Positions 9,815-18,446 of a stretch of 64,000 nt of DNA are shown piece after piece. Position 1 is the stretch's first letter, and each line of letters opens with the position of its first letter. Source of the stretch: Candidatus Daviesbacteria bacterium. GTDB taxonomy: Bacteria > Patescibacteriota > Microgenomatia > Daviesbacterales > UBA10151. The notes under the pieces were generated by a model, which saw only the letters and a list, made by a program, of their open reading frames with translations, was not told where the DNA came from and did no database searches. A program made the position numbers and the translations under genes. The stretch is from contig JACOXD010000003.1 of NCBI GenBank assembly GCA_016176465.1, positions 1,824 through 65,823 on the forward strand, in the 5' to 3' direction.

Positions 9815-10393
9815 ATGAGTAAAGACCCACAATTGCCGGATCCGAAATCTATAACTCATCAAAGCTTTGAAATCTTATATAAAAAATTTGCTCTGCCTTT
9901 AATGAAATTTTTAGTTAAAAGAATGGGTGGCAATATGGATGCTGCTGAGGAGGTTTTTTCTCACACTGTGATGGCTGCCTGGAGGGGGTATCACACTTTT
10001 GAACATAAGAGTAAATTTTTTACCTGGCTTTGTAGGATTGGCTTAAATAAAATGGCTGATTATTATAGAGCTGAGATTAATAGAAGATCAGGTTGGATTG
10101 CACCAGGATTAGAAGAACTAGCTAATATTGGTAGTAAAGAGATCTCTCATGAGGAAAGATTAATCTTAAACGAGCTTCGCCAGTCTGTTAAAGATTGTAT
10201 TGCACTGCTACCACCTGAAAAACAACAACTTCTTCATCTTCGCTACTATAAGGAGATGACTCTTAAAAAAATTGCCGAGGCTTTGGGGATCTCTGAGCGA
10301 GCTGCAGAGGGAAAATTATATAGAGCAAGGATTGAGCTAAGAGAGATTATAATTAATAAATATCCTGAATACTCCCCATTTTCCAAAAAATAA
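9815..10393 (+). CDS. ECF-type RNA polymerase sigma factor
   Basis: Region 2 AAEEVF...SKFFTWLCRIGLN; region 4 LRYYKEMTLKKIAEALGISERAAEGKLYRAR. Confidence 0.9.
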   Translation: MSKDPQLPDPKSITHQSFEILYKKFALPLMKFLVKRMGGNMDAAEEVFSHTVMAAWRGYHTFEHKSKFFTWLCRIGLNKMADYYRAEINRRSGWIAPGLEELANIGSKEISHEERLILNELRQSVKDCIALLPPEKQQLLHLRYYKEMTLKKIAEALGISERAAEGKLYRARIELREIIINKYPEYSPFSKK

Positions 10394-10433
10394 ATTAGCA
10401 ATCTTTTAAAAATAAATATATAATCGGCCGGTT

Positions 10434-11237
10434 ATGAAAAAGGATTTAATTGTTATTAAAGTGGGTGGGAGTGTTGTAACAGATAAGGATAAGGTCAACC
10501 CTACCCCTAGGTTAGACGTTATTACCAATTTAACTAAGCAAGTAAAAAAAGTTTATTCATCTAAAAAATATAGTTTAGTTTTAGTACACGGGGCTGGCTC
10601 TTTTGCTCATCCATTAGCTAAAAAATATAACTTGCATCAAGGTATGAAAACCAAAGAGCAAAAATTAGGAATGGCTTTGACTCATCAATCACTATATAAC
10701 CTAAATAAATTGGTTCTTTCCGCTTTAATAAAACAATCCCTACCGGCAATAACACTAACCCCCCACTCTTTTATTACGCAATCAGGAGGTAAACTAAATG
10801 ACTTTAATTATCAAATTATTAAAGATTTATTAGGAAAAGATTTAATACCGCTACTTTATGGAGATGTAGTGCTAGATAATAAATGGGGATGCTCTATTCT
10901 TTCAGGAGATACTATTGTTTCTTATTTAGCAAAAAAACTTAAAGCGAAAAAGGTAATTTTTTTATCAGATGTTGATGGAATATATGATTGCGATCCTAAA
11001 AAAAATCCTCACGCTAAATTAATTCCTTTAATAAATAATCAAAATTTTAAAAAAGTTTTAGCGGGAATAACTTCAACAAATAAAGATGATGTAACTGATG
11101 AAATGAGAGGAAAAATTTTATCTATTAAAAATAATCTTGCAGGAGCAAAAGTTATAATTATAAACGGTTTTAAGCAGATAAGCCTAGACCTGGTTGTAGA
11201 TGGACACCAATTGGGGACAAGACTGGAATTCTCCTAG
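10434..11237 (+). CDS. Isopentenyl phosphate kinase (amino-acid kinase family)
   Basis: IKVGGSVVTDK, VHGAGSFAH with the IPK His, PLLYGDVV, LSGD, SDVDGIY, DVTDEMRGK. Confidence 0.85.
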   Translation: MKKDLIVIKVGGSVVTDKDKVNPTPRLDVITNLTKQVKKVYSSKKYSLVLVHGAGSFAHPLAKKYNLHQGMKTKEQKLGMALTHQSLYNLNKLVLSALIKQSLPAITLTPHSFITQSGGKLNDFNYQIIKDLLGKDLIPLLYGDVVLDNKWGCSILSGDTIVSYLAKKLKAKKVIFLSDVDGIYDCDPKKNPHAKLIPLINNQNFKKVLAGITSTNKDDVTDEMRGKILSIKNNLAGAKVIIINGFKQISLDLVVDGHQLGTRLEFS

Positions 11238-11790
11238 CATCAACTTCTAGTTGATCAAACACTTCTTGAGGAATTTGATTGCGCACTTCGTAATGCCTAT
11301 AAACTCCAGGAATAAAGTGTGAATTTGATGATTTAAAAGCTAAATAACCTGTAACTACCTCAAATACTCCTGGTCTAAAACTAAGATTGCCTAGCGGCAA
11401 ATTTAAAACCTCATCTATCCTTGCCCAACGAGGACTATCTACTTCATGAGAATGGGATCCAAGGGACAATCTTGCTCCAGGTGCAGTCTCGATTAGGTAG
11501 GCATGTAAGACTATTCCAGGGCTCAACTCGCACGCTCCTAGTCTGATCGAGGCTAAATCATCAGGATCTTTTAATCCCTTAACTTGCAGTTCTTCTCTAA
11601 AAATCCTCTCTGCTGCACTTTGATGGCTCTCTCCTGGCTCAACAGTCTCACAAGGTATCGCCCACATACCCCTAAGTTTGGCTGTCGCCCTTTTATCTTC
11701 TCGTTCTCTCACTGCTGCGAATTGTCCGGGTCTAGCTGGATCAACTACAAAAGCTCCTACGCCTGCAACTCGCTCTAATACTGCGCCCAT
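11170..11790 (-). CDS. NUDIX hydrolase, divergent
   Basis: Degenerate Nudix box PCETVEPGESHQSAAERIFREEL; likely start MGAVLER at 11790; 3' end overlaps IPK antisense. Confidence 0.7.
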   Translation of the reverse strand: MGAVLERVAGVGAFVVDPARPGQFAAVREREDKRATAKLRGMWAIPCETVEPGESHQSAAERIFREELQVKGLKDPDDLASIRLGACELSPGIVLHAYLIETAPGARLSLGSHSHEVDSPRWARIDEVLNLPLGNLSFRPGVFEVVTGYLAFKSSNSHFIPGVYRHYEVRNQIPQEVFDQLEVDARRIPVLSPIGVHLQPGLGLSA

Positions 11791-11890
11791 ATATATTAGT
11801 CGTTTAATATTACAAATCCCCATAATATTGTGTAAAGCAACAAAATTTTTCGTCTAATTAGAGATGGAGCGTTATAGAAAAAGCTCTTAA

Positions 11891-12427
11891 TCAAAAAAAT
11901 TTTTTTTCTTTTAATAAAGTTATTGCTTTGATAGCCCAAGGTGTATAGTTTTGGGGATTTTTTTCTATATCTTTTAAAAAATTATTTTTATCTTCCCACC
12001 TATATTCATAAGCTACTTGCAGATTTAGCCTAACTTCACCATCATATCTGGCTGTAAAAATAATATCATGCTCGTTCTCACAAAAGTCTCCATACTCTGC
12101 AAAATAATTCACTCCCCCATAATTTTTTAAATTTTCAACTTTTTTTATTCCATATTCTTTACCTAAACAACGCAAAGTTGCCTCCTCATCAGTTTCATCC
12201 TTACCATCTTTTTTATGAAGTTGGTGAGTTGAACCTGTAATATCCCAAATATTGTCAAATATTTGATGTTTTCTTCTCTGTAACAATATTTCTCCCTGGG
12301 AGTTATAGACTAAAACAGTGATAGCAAAATGTCGTTTACCTAATCCAGTATGTCCTACACTTTTGGGAAAATACTCACCGCTAAACTTCCCGTTTTCATC
12401 AGCACCCAAAATTATCTGATCAATCAT
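11891..12427 (-). CDS. idi: Isopentenyl-diphosphate delta-isomerase type 1
   Basis: HFAITVLVYNSQGEILLQRR, WDITGSTH, ENEHD, YTPW; the usual catalytic Cys is not obvious. Confidence 0.75.
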   Translation of the reverse strand: MIDQIILGADENGKFSGEYFPKSVGHTGLGKRHFAITVLVYNSQGEILLQRRKHQIFDNIWDITGSTHQLHKKDGKDETDEEATLRCLGKEYGIKKVENLKNYGGVNYFAEYGDFCENEHDIIFTARYDGEVRLNLQVAYEYRWEDKNNFLKDIEKNPQNYTPWAIKAITLLKEKKFF

Positions 12428-12430
12428 AGG

Positions 12431-13435
12431 TTAAAAAATTTTCCGTGGATTTTTTTCAACAGGAGCAAACCTGATCCTTCTTTCTCTTTCTACTAATTCA
12501 GCTAAACCATCCTCTCTTATATCTTGGACTCCCATCTGCCAGAAAAAGTTTACTACACCTTCCACTAAAACTTCAGGAGTTGAGGCAGCAGAGGTAACAG
12601 CAACTACTTGAGTACCATACATTTCAGGACTTAGATCTTGCCAGCCAGCAATCAACTGTGCAGGAGTTCCCTCTTGCCAAGAAGTCTTGCCTAGCATTTT
12701 ACCATTATGACTTCTTGTACCTGTTACTACTAAAAATTTACCTGCTTTTTTGGCAAGAAATCTCACAGCTTCTTGCCTATCGTCAGTAGCATGACATATA
12801 CCATCGACAATCACCGCATGAGGAAATATTTTACATAAAGCAGATCTCGTTGCCTCAGTTTCAGTCGTACTTAATGTAGTTTGATTCGTAATAATAATCC
12901 CTCTTTCTGTATGATCGTTAGGAAGTTGTAAATTACGAGCTTGATCTATATCCTCTACTGGATAAACTCTATCCGGTGCTACCCCATAAACAGCTAACTG
13001 CTCGGGATGTCCTCTTTTAGAAATATCAATCACATAAGACCCATTTTGGGAAGCCCTTTGCCAAACAATTCTTTGTCTAGTCATAACATAAGGACAAGCA
13101 GTATTAGCCCAGTCTAGTCCTAACTCATCAGCTAACTTAAATTGATAAGGAGGAGTTCCGTGGGCTCTAAAAATTGTTCGGGAACCTTGGGGAATTGAGG
13201 CTAGATCTTCTGGTTCTACCACCCTTACCCCTAATGCTTTTAACCTAGCTATCTCATACTCATTATGAATTGGTTGACCTACGACAGTAGGTCCAGGTTT
13301 CCCTTCTTCTCTTGCTTTTATTGCCTCACCTTCAATAAATTCAACTGTGCGAATTACACCTGCACATTGACCACGAGGATTGGCAAGAAGTATTGTTTCC
13401 GGAATAATTCCCCATGGACGAATTATTTCTGCCAT
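12431..13435 (-). CDS. ispH: 4-hydroxy-3-methylbut-2-enyl diphosphate reductase
   Basis: Three Fe-S Cys (PRGQCAGV, TACPYV, ICHATDDRQ), IHN, RAHG, GHPE, QTT, SHN, ASTP. Confidence 0.9.
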   Translation of the reverse strand: MAEIIRPWGIIPETILLANPRGQCAGVIRTVEFIEGEAIKAREEGKPGPTVVGQPIHNEYEIARLKALGVRVVEPEDLASIPQGSRTIFRAHGTPPYQFKLADELGLDWANTACPYVMTRQRIVWQRASQNGSYVIDISKRGHPEQLAVYGVAPDRVYPVEDIDQARNLQLPNDHTERGIIITNQTTLSTTETEATRSALCKIFPHAVIVDGICHATDDRQEAVRFLAKKAGKFLVVTGTRSHNGKMLGKTSWQEGTPAQLIAGWQDLSPEMYGTQVVAVTSAASTPEVLVEGVVNFFWQMGVQDIREDGLAELVERERRIRFAPVEKNPRKIF

Positions 13436-13454
13436 ATATTATTAGTCTTAAAAC

Positions 13455-14210
13455 TTAATTAGATCCCTCAAGCAGGGAAACAGCAAAATAAACCACTAAA
13501 ACCCCAAGGATTAAAAGACAAACTTGGATAAAAGATACACTTCTTTTATCCTGGCTGTGAATCTCTGGGATTAAATCTGAGGCTGCTATATAAATAAAAA
13601 AACCTGCAGATATTGCCAGCACTATTGGCAATAATCCCTCTATGGAATCTTTTATAAAAAAAGTAAGTACTGCTCCAACCATGGCAGTCAGCGCAGAAAA
13701 AAAGTTCCAAAATAAAACTTTTTTAGGTTTAATTCCCCGATGCAACATTACACCAAAGTCCCCTATTTCTTGAGGAATTTCATGAGCTGCAACAGCTAGT
13801 GAGGTTATAACTCCTAAAGGAATATTCACTAAAAAAGTAGCTGCGATAACCACTCCATCTATAAAATTATGGATTGAATCCCCAAAAATAATTAAAGGAA
13901 CAGTTGAGGGTTTTTCCTTGGGAGAATGCTCGTGATGATGGTGAAACCAGGAGATAAAGTGCTCTAAGATAAAAAAGGTTAATATTCCAAAAAGCACCCA
14001 GAAAAATATATTAACTTCCTTTTCTGCTTCAAAAGCTTCAGGCATTAAATCAAAAAAAGCAGTTCCAAGCAAAGTTCCAGCTGCAAAAGAAGCTAAGAAG
14101 TGAGAAATATTGGTAGCAATTTTTTCCTTTGCTATAAGCAATACTCCCCCAACTAGGGAGACCACACTTCCTATAAAACTAAACACTAAAATATATGTAA
14201 AAGTATCCAT
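13455..14210 (-). CDS. ZIP family metal transporter
   Basis: HHHHEH loop, GDSIHNFIDG, AHEIPQEIGDF. Confidence 0.92.
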   Translation of the reverse strand: MDTFTYILVFSFIGSVVSLVGGVLLIAKEKIATNISHFLASFAAGTLLGTAFFDLMPEAFEAEKEVNIFFWVLFGILTFFILEHFISWFHHHHEHSPKEKPSTVPLIIFGDSIHNFIDGVVIAATFLVNIPLGVITSLAVAAHEIPQEIGDFGVMLHRGIKPKKVLFWNFFSALTAMVGAVLTFFIKDSIEGLLPIVLAISAGFFIYIAASDLIPEIHSQDKRSVSFIQVCLLILGVLVVYFAVSLLEGSN

Positions 14211-14219
14211 TAAATTAAT

Positions 14220-14855
14220 TTACTCCATTGTCTGTTCAGGACCTTTATCTCTTAATTTATCAATAAATACTCCAACTCTATTTTCATCAAATTGATCAAA
14301 TTTATCCATTCTCCCCCAGGCAGTTAGAGCAATTTGAGTATCCAGATTAGGTCTTGGGGTAATAATAATTTTTCTCTTACCCTTTTTCTCATAAATTGAG
14401 ATTAACTTATCAACTAAATCATGGCACTCTTTGGATCTAAAATTTAAAGATAATACAGCAGAACTTGTAGCCTCAGTGGCTGAACTTGTTGCCTCATTTA
14501 CTTTATCTTCAATACCATGTGCTTTAGCTTGGGGAATTAACCTAAAACTGCTTATTTTTTTATCACAGTTATAGGAAATAATTATATAACCATGTTCAAG
14601 GGAGTGAACTAAGTTTCTATCATCTTGTGGCTCTGAATAAACTCCTGGCTTTGTCCAAACTTCATAATGGGGTCCTGAGGTAGGAGGATTTGAGTTGTAA
14701 TCTATTTTGCTACCTTCAGCTACATGCCCTCTTCCTAGATCCGCAATTAATTCTCCAGGTAGTGGTTTTGCTGATTCAATAAATGCCCAACCTAAAATAG
14801 CTGCAATGATTACTCCTGTACTTATAAAAACATGAATTTTTTTAATTTTGCTCAT
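14220..14855 (-). CDS. DUF3105 family membrane-anchored protein
   Basis: YNSNPPTSGPHY, LVHSLEHG, IALTAWG. Confidence 0.85.
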   Translation of the reverse strand: MSKIKKIHVFISTGVIIAAILGWAFIESAKPLPGELIADLGRGHVAEGSKIDYNSNPPTSGPHYEVWTKPGVYSEPQDDRNLVHSLEHGYIIISYNCDKKISSFRLIPQAKAHGIEDKVNEATSSATEATSSAVLSLNFRSKECHDLVDKLISIYEKKGKRKIIITPRPNLDTQIALTAWGRMDKFDQFDENRVGVFIDKLRDKGPEQTME

Positions 14856-15439
14856 TAGTTATACTGATTTTGTACTTTTTCCAAACCTTCATCAATTAGA
14901 GTTTGTAAGGCTTTAATTGAATGTTTAATCATCTGTTTTACTTTTGATTTATCCCTTGTGTGAAAAGGAGTTAGTACAAACTGATCAGCTGAAAAATGCT
15001 CCCCTCCACGCTCTCCTAATTTTGACCTTAAATTACCAATGCCTAACCTTATCCTAATAAATTTATCATTCTGTAGCGATTTAATGATTGATTCTACACC
15101 ATGATGACCAGCTGCTGCACCACCTAGGCGGATTTTAATTTTACCCAAAGGCAAATCAAGTTCATCATGAACTATAACTAAATCCTCCAAACCTATTTTA
15201 AAATAATCCGCCAGCAATCTGACTGCCATACCTGAGTTATTCATAAAGGTAAGGGGTTTAACCAATAAAGTATTATCTAATTTAATAATCTCAGATTTAA
15301 ATTTTTCCTCTTTAGTCCAAATCCCCCTACCAGCTGGGGTGTGTTTTTGAACATATTCATCTAAAACATCAAAGCCTAAATTATGTTTAGTACCAGCATA
15401 CTTTTCTTCAGGATTTCCCAATCCTACAATGATTTTCAT
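14855..15439 (-). CDS. pth: Peptidyl-tRNA hydrolase
   Basis: IVGLGNP, TKHNLGF, KPLTFMNNSG, VHDELD, GHHGVESI. Confidence 0.95.
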   Translation of the reverse strand: MKIIVGLGNPEEKYAGTKHNLGFDVLDEYVQKHTPAGRGIWTKEEKFKSEIIKLDNTLLVKPLTFMNNSGMAVRLLADYFKIGLEDLVIVHDELDLPLGKIKIRLGGAAAGHHGVESIIKSLQNDKFIRIRLGIGNLRSKLGERGGEHFSADQFVLTPFHTRDKSKVKQMIKHSIKALQTLIDEGLEKVQNQYN

Positions 15440-15454
15440 ATTAACTATTAACAA

Positions 15455-16090
15455 TTAACTACTAGCCATTAATGCTATTACTTCCTCATCTGAGATTGGA
15501 TGAAAATCCTCATAAAAACTTCCTACAGCTCCCAGGTATTCTACGAGTTGTAAAATTATCATCTCATCAATATTCGAATCGAGAATATTTAAAACTTCTT
15601 TAGACAAAACAGGGATAGCTAAAATTATTCTACCCGCTTTAAGATATTTTAGATAATTAATTGCAGCTTGGACTGTAGCACCTGTTGCTATTCCATCATC
15701 TACTAAAATAACCACTTTTCCTGTAATATCTAAAGGAAGTCTGTCTTTTCTATATAGAGTTTCTCTTCTTTGAATTTCCTTTTTTTGCGCCTCAATCTCA
15801 TCTACTAATTGATCCTTCTTAATTCCAAGTTCCATCAATAAATTTTGATCCCAAAAAACCTCTCCCCTGGGATCAAGTGCACCTAATGCTAGTTCAGGTT
15901 GAGTTGGGGCACCAATTTTGCGGGTAATAACAATATCTAATGGTATATTTAATTTTTTGGCAATTTGGTACGCTACAACAACCCCACCTCTGGGAATGCC
16001 TAAAACTAAGGTATTTTCTTTATTAGCATAATTACTTAACCTCAAAGCAAGCAACTGTCCAGCAGCTTCTCTATTTTTATAAATTTGCAT
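15455..16090 (-). CDS. Type I phosphoribosyltransferase family protein
   Basis: LGIPRGG, RKIGAP, VILVDDGIATGAT. Confidence 0.9.
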   Translation of the reverse strand: MQIYKNREAAGQLLALRLSNYANKENTLVLGIPRGGVVVAYQIAKKLNIPLDIVITRKIGAPTQPELALGALDPRGEVFWDQNLLMELGIKKDQLVDEIEAQKKEIQRRETLYRKDRLPLDITGKVVILVDDGIATGATVQAAINYLKYLKAGRIILAIPVLSKEVLNILDSNIDEMIILQLVEYLGAVGSFYEDFHPISDEEVIALMASS

Positions 16091-17361
16091 TAAAACATAC
16101 TAATTTGTGCTTCTTCAACAGATTTTTCTTCTTTATCCCAAATTTTTACTACACCATAAGTATTATCAAAACCAGGTTTTATTTTTAATTTTCCTTCCCT
16201 TACTCTTTTTACTCCTTCTGCTACCTTTTCCCCTGCTACTTTGGCAATTTCTTCGATCTTTCTTTTAGTTAAAATCATTAATTCATTATCAAAAGTTTTT
16301 ACTAATCTTACGTATTCATTTTTGACCTTTTGGGTTGATACGCTAGTATTAAACGCTTCTGCTAAAATTTCCTCCAGTTGCACTAACATTCTAAATCCTG
16401 ATCTTTTGGGAAATTCTTTAGATTTTATTATTCCTTCCTTATCGCTCATTACTCCTATCTCATCACTAGATCTATCTGCTAAATCTTCCACCCTAGTCAT
16501 TACCCCTACAGTTAATCTTCTTTTACATTTTGGGCAAATTTCACCCTTTTCTTTTAATTCCTTGGGAGAATAAACAATTCCACAACTTCTATGACCACTG
16601 TAGTGGTATTTTCCCTCTTCCGGGAAAAATTCAATTGTGCCAACTATATTTTGATTTTTTAAATCATATCTTAAGCTATCAAAAGTCAAATTTCCTCCCA
16701 TAATAGTCACCTCTCTTCCTAACCTAGGTAGTGAATGGGCATCAGAGAAAGAAACAATGGATTTTTTATCTAAATCTTTAATTCGCCAATTCATTGCAGG
16801 CTCACTGGATAATCCTGTTTCAATTGCATAAATTTGATCACTAAACTCTCCAAAACAATCTTCCAATAAGTCGTAGCCGGACTCTGATCCAAATAGAGAA
16901 AACCAGGGCGTAAAAATATGGGCTGGAATAATTAATGCGCCAGGTTCAATTTGAAATACTATTTCACATAAAGCCTTTGTAGATAAACCCAAAATGGGCC
17001 TGCCATCGGAGGAAAGATTCATTCCTTTTTTAGTTAATACACTTGATAAATTTATGGCAGATTCAAAACTGGGTAGCATTATTAAAGTATGGATTCTTCT
17101 TACTTTTCCACCCTCTGAGTAAATACAAGCTACCTCTGTTGTTAATACAAATTTGACTCCCTCAAATTCAAAAAAGCCATCTTGTTCTTTTTTTAATACA
17201 CTTTTTAACTCTGTTTGCCATAAAGGATGCAAACAATCCCCAGTTCCCATTAAATCTATTCCTTTATATTTGGCCCATAAAGATAAATTAGGGATATTTA
17301 AAGCGCTGGAGCAAGCTCTGGAGAATCTGGAGTGGATGTGCAAATCTGCAACATAAGCCAT
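16090..17361 (-). CDS. PHP-domain endonuclease Q family protein
   Basis: ADLHIHSRFSRA, PAHIFTPW, SDAHS, GKYH, CPKC, PGFDNTYG. Confidence 0.85.
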   Translation of the reverse strand: MAYVADLHIHSRFSRACSSALNIPNLSLWAKYKGIDLMGTGDCLHPLWQTELKSVLKKEQDGFFEFEGVKFVLTTEVACIYSEGGKVRRIHTLIMLPSFESAINLSSVLTKKGMNLSSDGRPILGLSTKALCEIVFQIEPGALIIPAHIFTPWFSLFGSESGYDLLEDCFGEFSDQIYAIETGLSSEPAMNWRIKDLDKKSIVSFSDAHSLPRLGREVTIMGGNLTFDSLRYDLKNQNIVGTIEFFPEEGKYHYSGHRSCGIVYSPKELKEKGEICPKCKRRLTVGVMTRVEDLADRSSDEIGVMSDKEGIIKSKEFPKRSGFRMLVQLEEILAEAFNTSVSTQKVKNEYVRLVKTFDNELMILTKRKIEEIAKVAGEKVAEGVKRVREGKLKIKPGFDNTYGVVKIWDKEEKSVEEAQISMF

Positions 17362-17364
17362 AAA

Positions 17365-17545
17365 TTAGCGATTAGCGTATAGGGTATAGCGTTAAGTACA
17401 AAAAAGCAATATTATTTATTGACGAAGAGGGTGGCAGGGAGGAGAGACTCAAAACGTACCGCAAACTTGCATTGTTTCGTAGAAATCAATACTTTAAGTT
17501 GAGGAACGGCTTTGAGAAACCGAGCTGACAGGACCCGGAGCCTAA
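17365..17545. repeat. Intergenic heptamer microrepeat followed by a GC-rich imperfect palindromic element
   Basis: ttagcga-ttagcgt-atagggt-atagcgt, then a GC-rich segment gacgaagagggtggcag...ctgacaggacccggagc with complementary arms (ctcaaa/tttgag). Confidence 0.5.
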
Positions 17546-17546
17546 G

Positions 17547-18407
17547 ATGCTTTTTGACACTCATACCCATTTAAACTTTAAAGCTTTTGAAAATAATTTT
17601 GATCAGGTAATTAAAGACTCTCTTAAAGCAGGGATTAGATACATAAACATTGTTGGAACAGATATAGATTCATCAAAAAAAGCAGTCGAAATTGCAGAGA
17701 AATATGTAGATACCTTTGCTTCAGTAGGCATACATCCTCATCACATTTTTAATTATCTAACCAGTAATGTCATTCTGAGTGAAACGAAGAATCTAGGTCC
17801 TTCCTCCCCTAAGGGGCCCGCGCTTCAGGATGACTTACAGGAATTAGAAAAATTGTTAAAGAATCCAAAAGTAATTGCTGTTGGTGAAACTGGAATGGAC
17901 CGGCATATATATAAAAAAACAAGATATAAGAGATACGGGATAAGTGATAAGTTAATAAACTTGCAAAAAAAGGCTTTTATTGCTCAAATAAAGTTAGCTT
18001 TAAAATACCAAAAATCTTTAATTATACATAACAGAGATGCAGTAAATGAGTTATTAGAAGTTCTTACATCACACCTCGGAGGTGTTACAAAACTTAGGGC
18101 AGTTTTTCATTGTTGTGAGCCTGATCAAAAACTCCTAGATTTTGCTATTAAAAATAAAATTTACATAGGAATAGATGGAGATGTTACATATGATAAAAAA
18201 AAACAAGAATTTATTAAAAAAATCCCTCTAGATTTATTAGTTTTAGAAACCGACTCCCCTTTTTTAACACCAGAGGGTTTAAAAAATCCAAATATACCAT
18301 CAAATTTAAATTATATAGCTGAATATATTGCAGAAAAGTTAAAAATTGATATAAAAAAGTTAAAAGAAGTTACTTTGAAGAATAGTAAAAAGTTATTTAA
18401 GCTTTAA
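17547..18407 (+). CDS. tatD: TatD family deoxyribonuclease
   Basis: DTHTHL, VGIHPH, VGETGMD, IIHNRDA, ETDSPFL. Confidence 0.95.
   Translation: MLFDTHTHLNFKAFENNFDQVIKDSLKAGIRYINIVGTDIDSSKKAVEIAEKYVDTFASVGIHPHHIFNYLTSNVILSETKNLGPSSPKGPALQDDLQELEKLLKNPKVIAVGETGMDRHIYKKTRYKRYGISDKLINLQKKAFIAQIKLALKYQKSLIIHNRDAVNELLEVLTSHLGGVTKLRAVFHCCEPDQKLLDFAIKNKIYIGIDGDVTYDKKKQEFIKKIPLDLLVLETDSPFLTPEGLKNPNIPSNLNYIAEYIAEKLKIDIKKLKEVTLKNSKKLFKL
17769..17834. repeat. In-frame palindromic insertion in tatD
   Basis: gtcattctgagtgaaacgaagaatct...tcaggatgac, encoding VILSETKNLGPSSPKGPALQDD. Confidence 0.8.
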
Positions 18408-18446
18408 GTTGTATAATCATTATAATTTTTATAATCGTTATAACTA

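Noticed and set aside
17420-17545. Riboswitch or known ncRNA upstream of tatD
   Set aside because: No recognisable aptamer core; recorded only as a palindromic repeat-like element pending an Rfam search.
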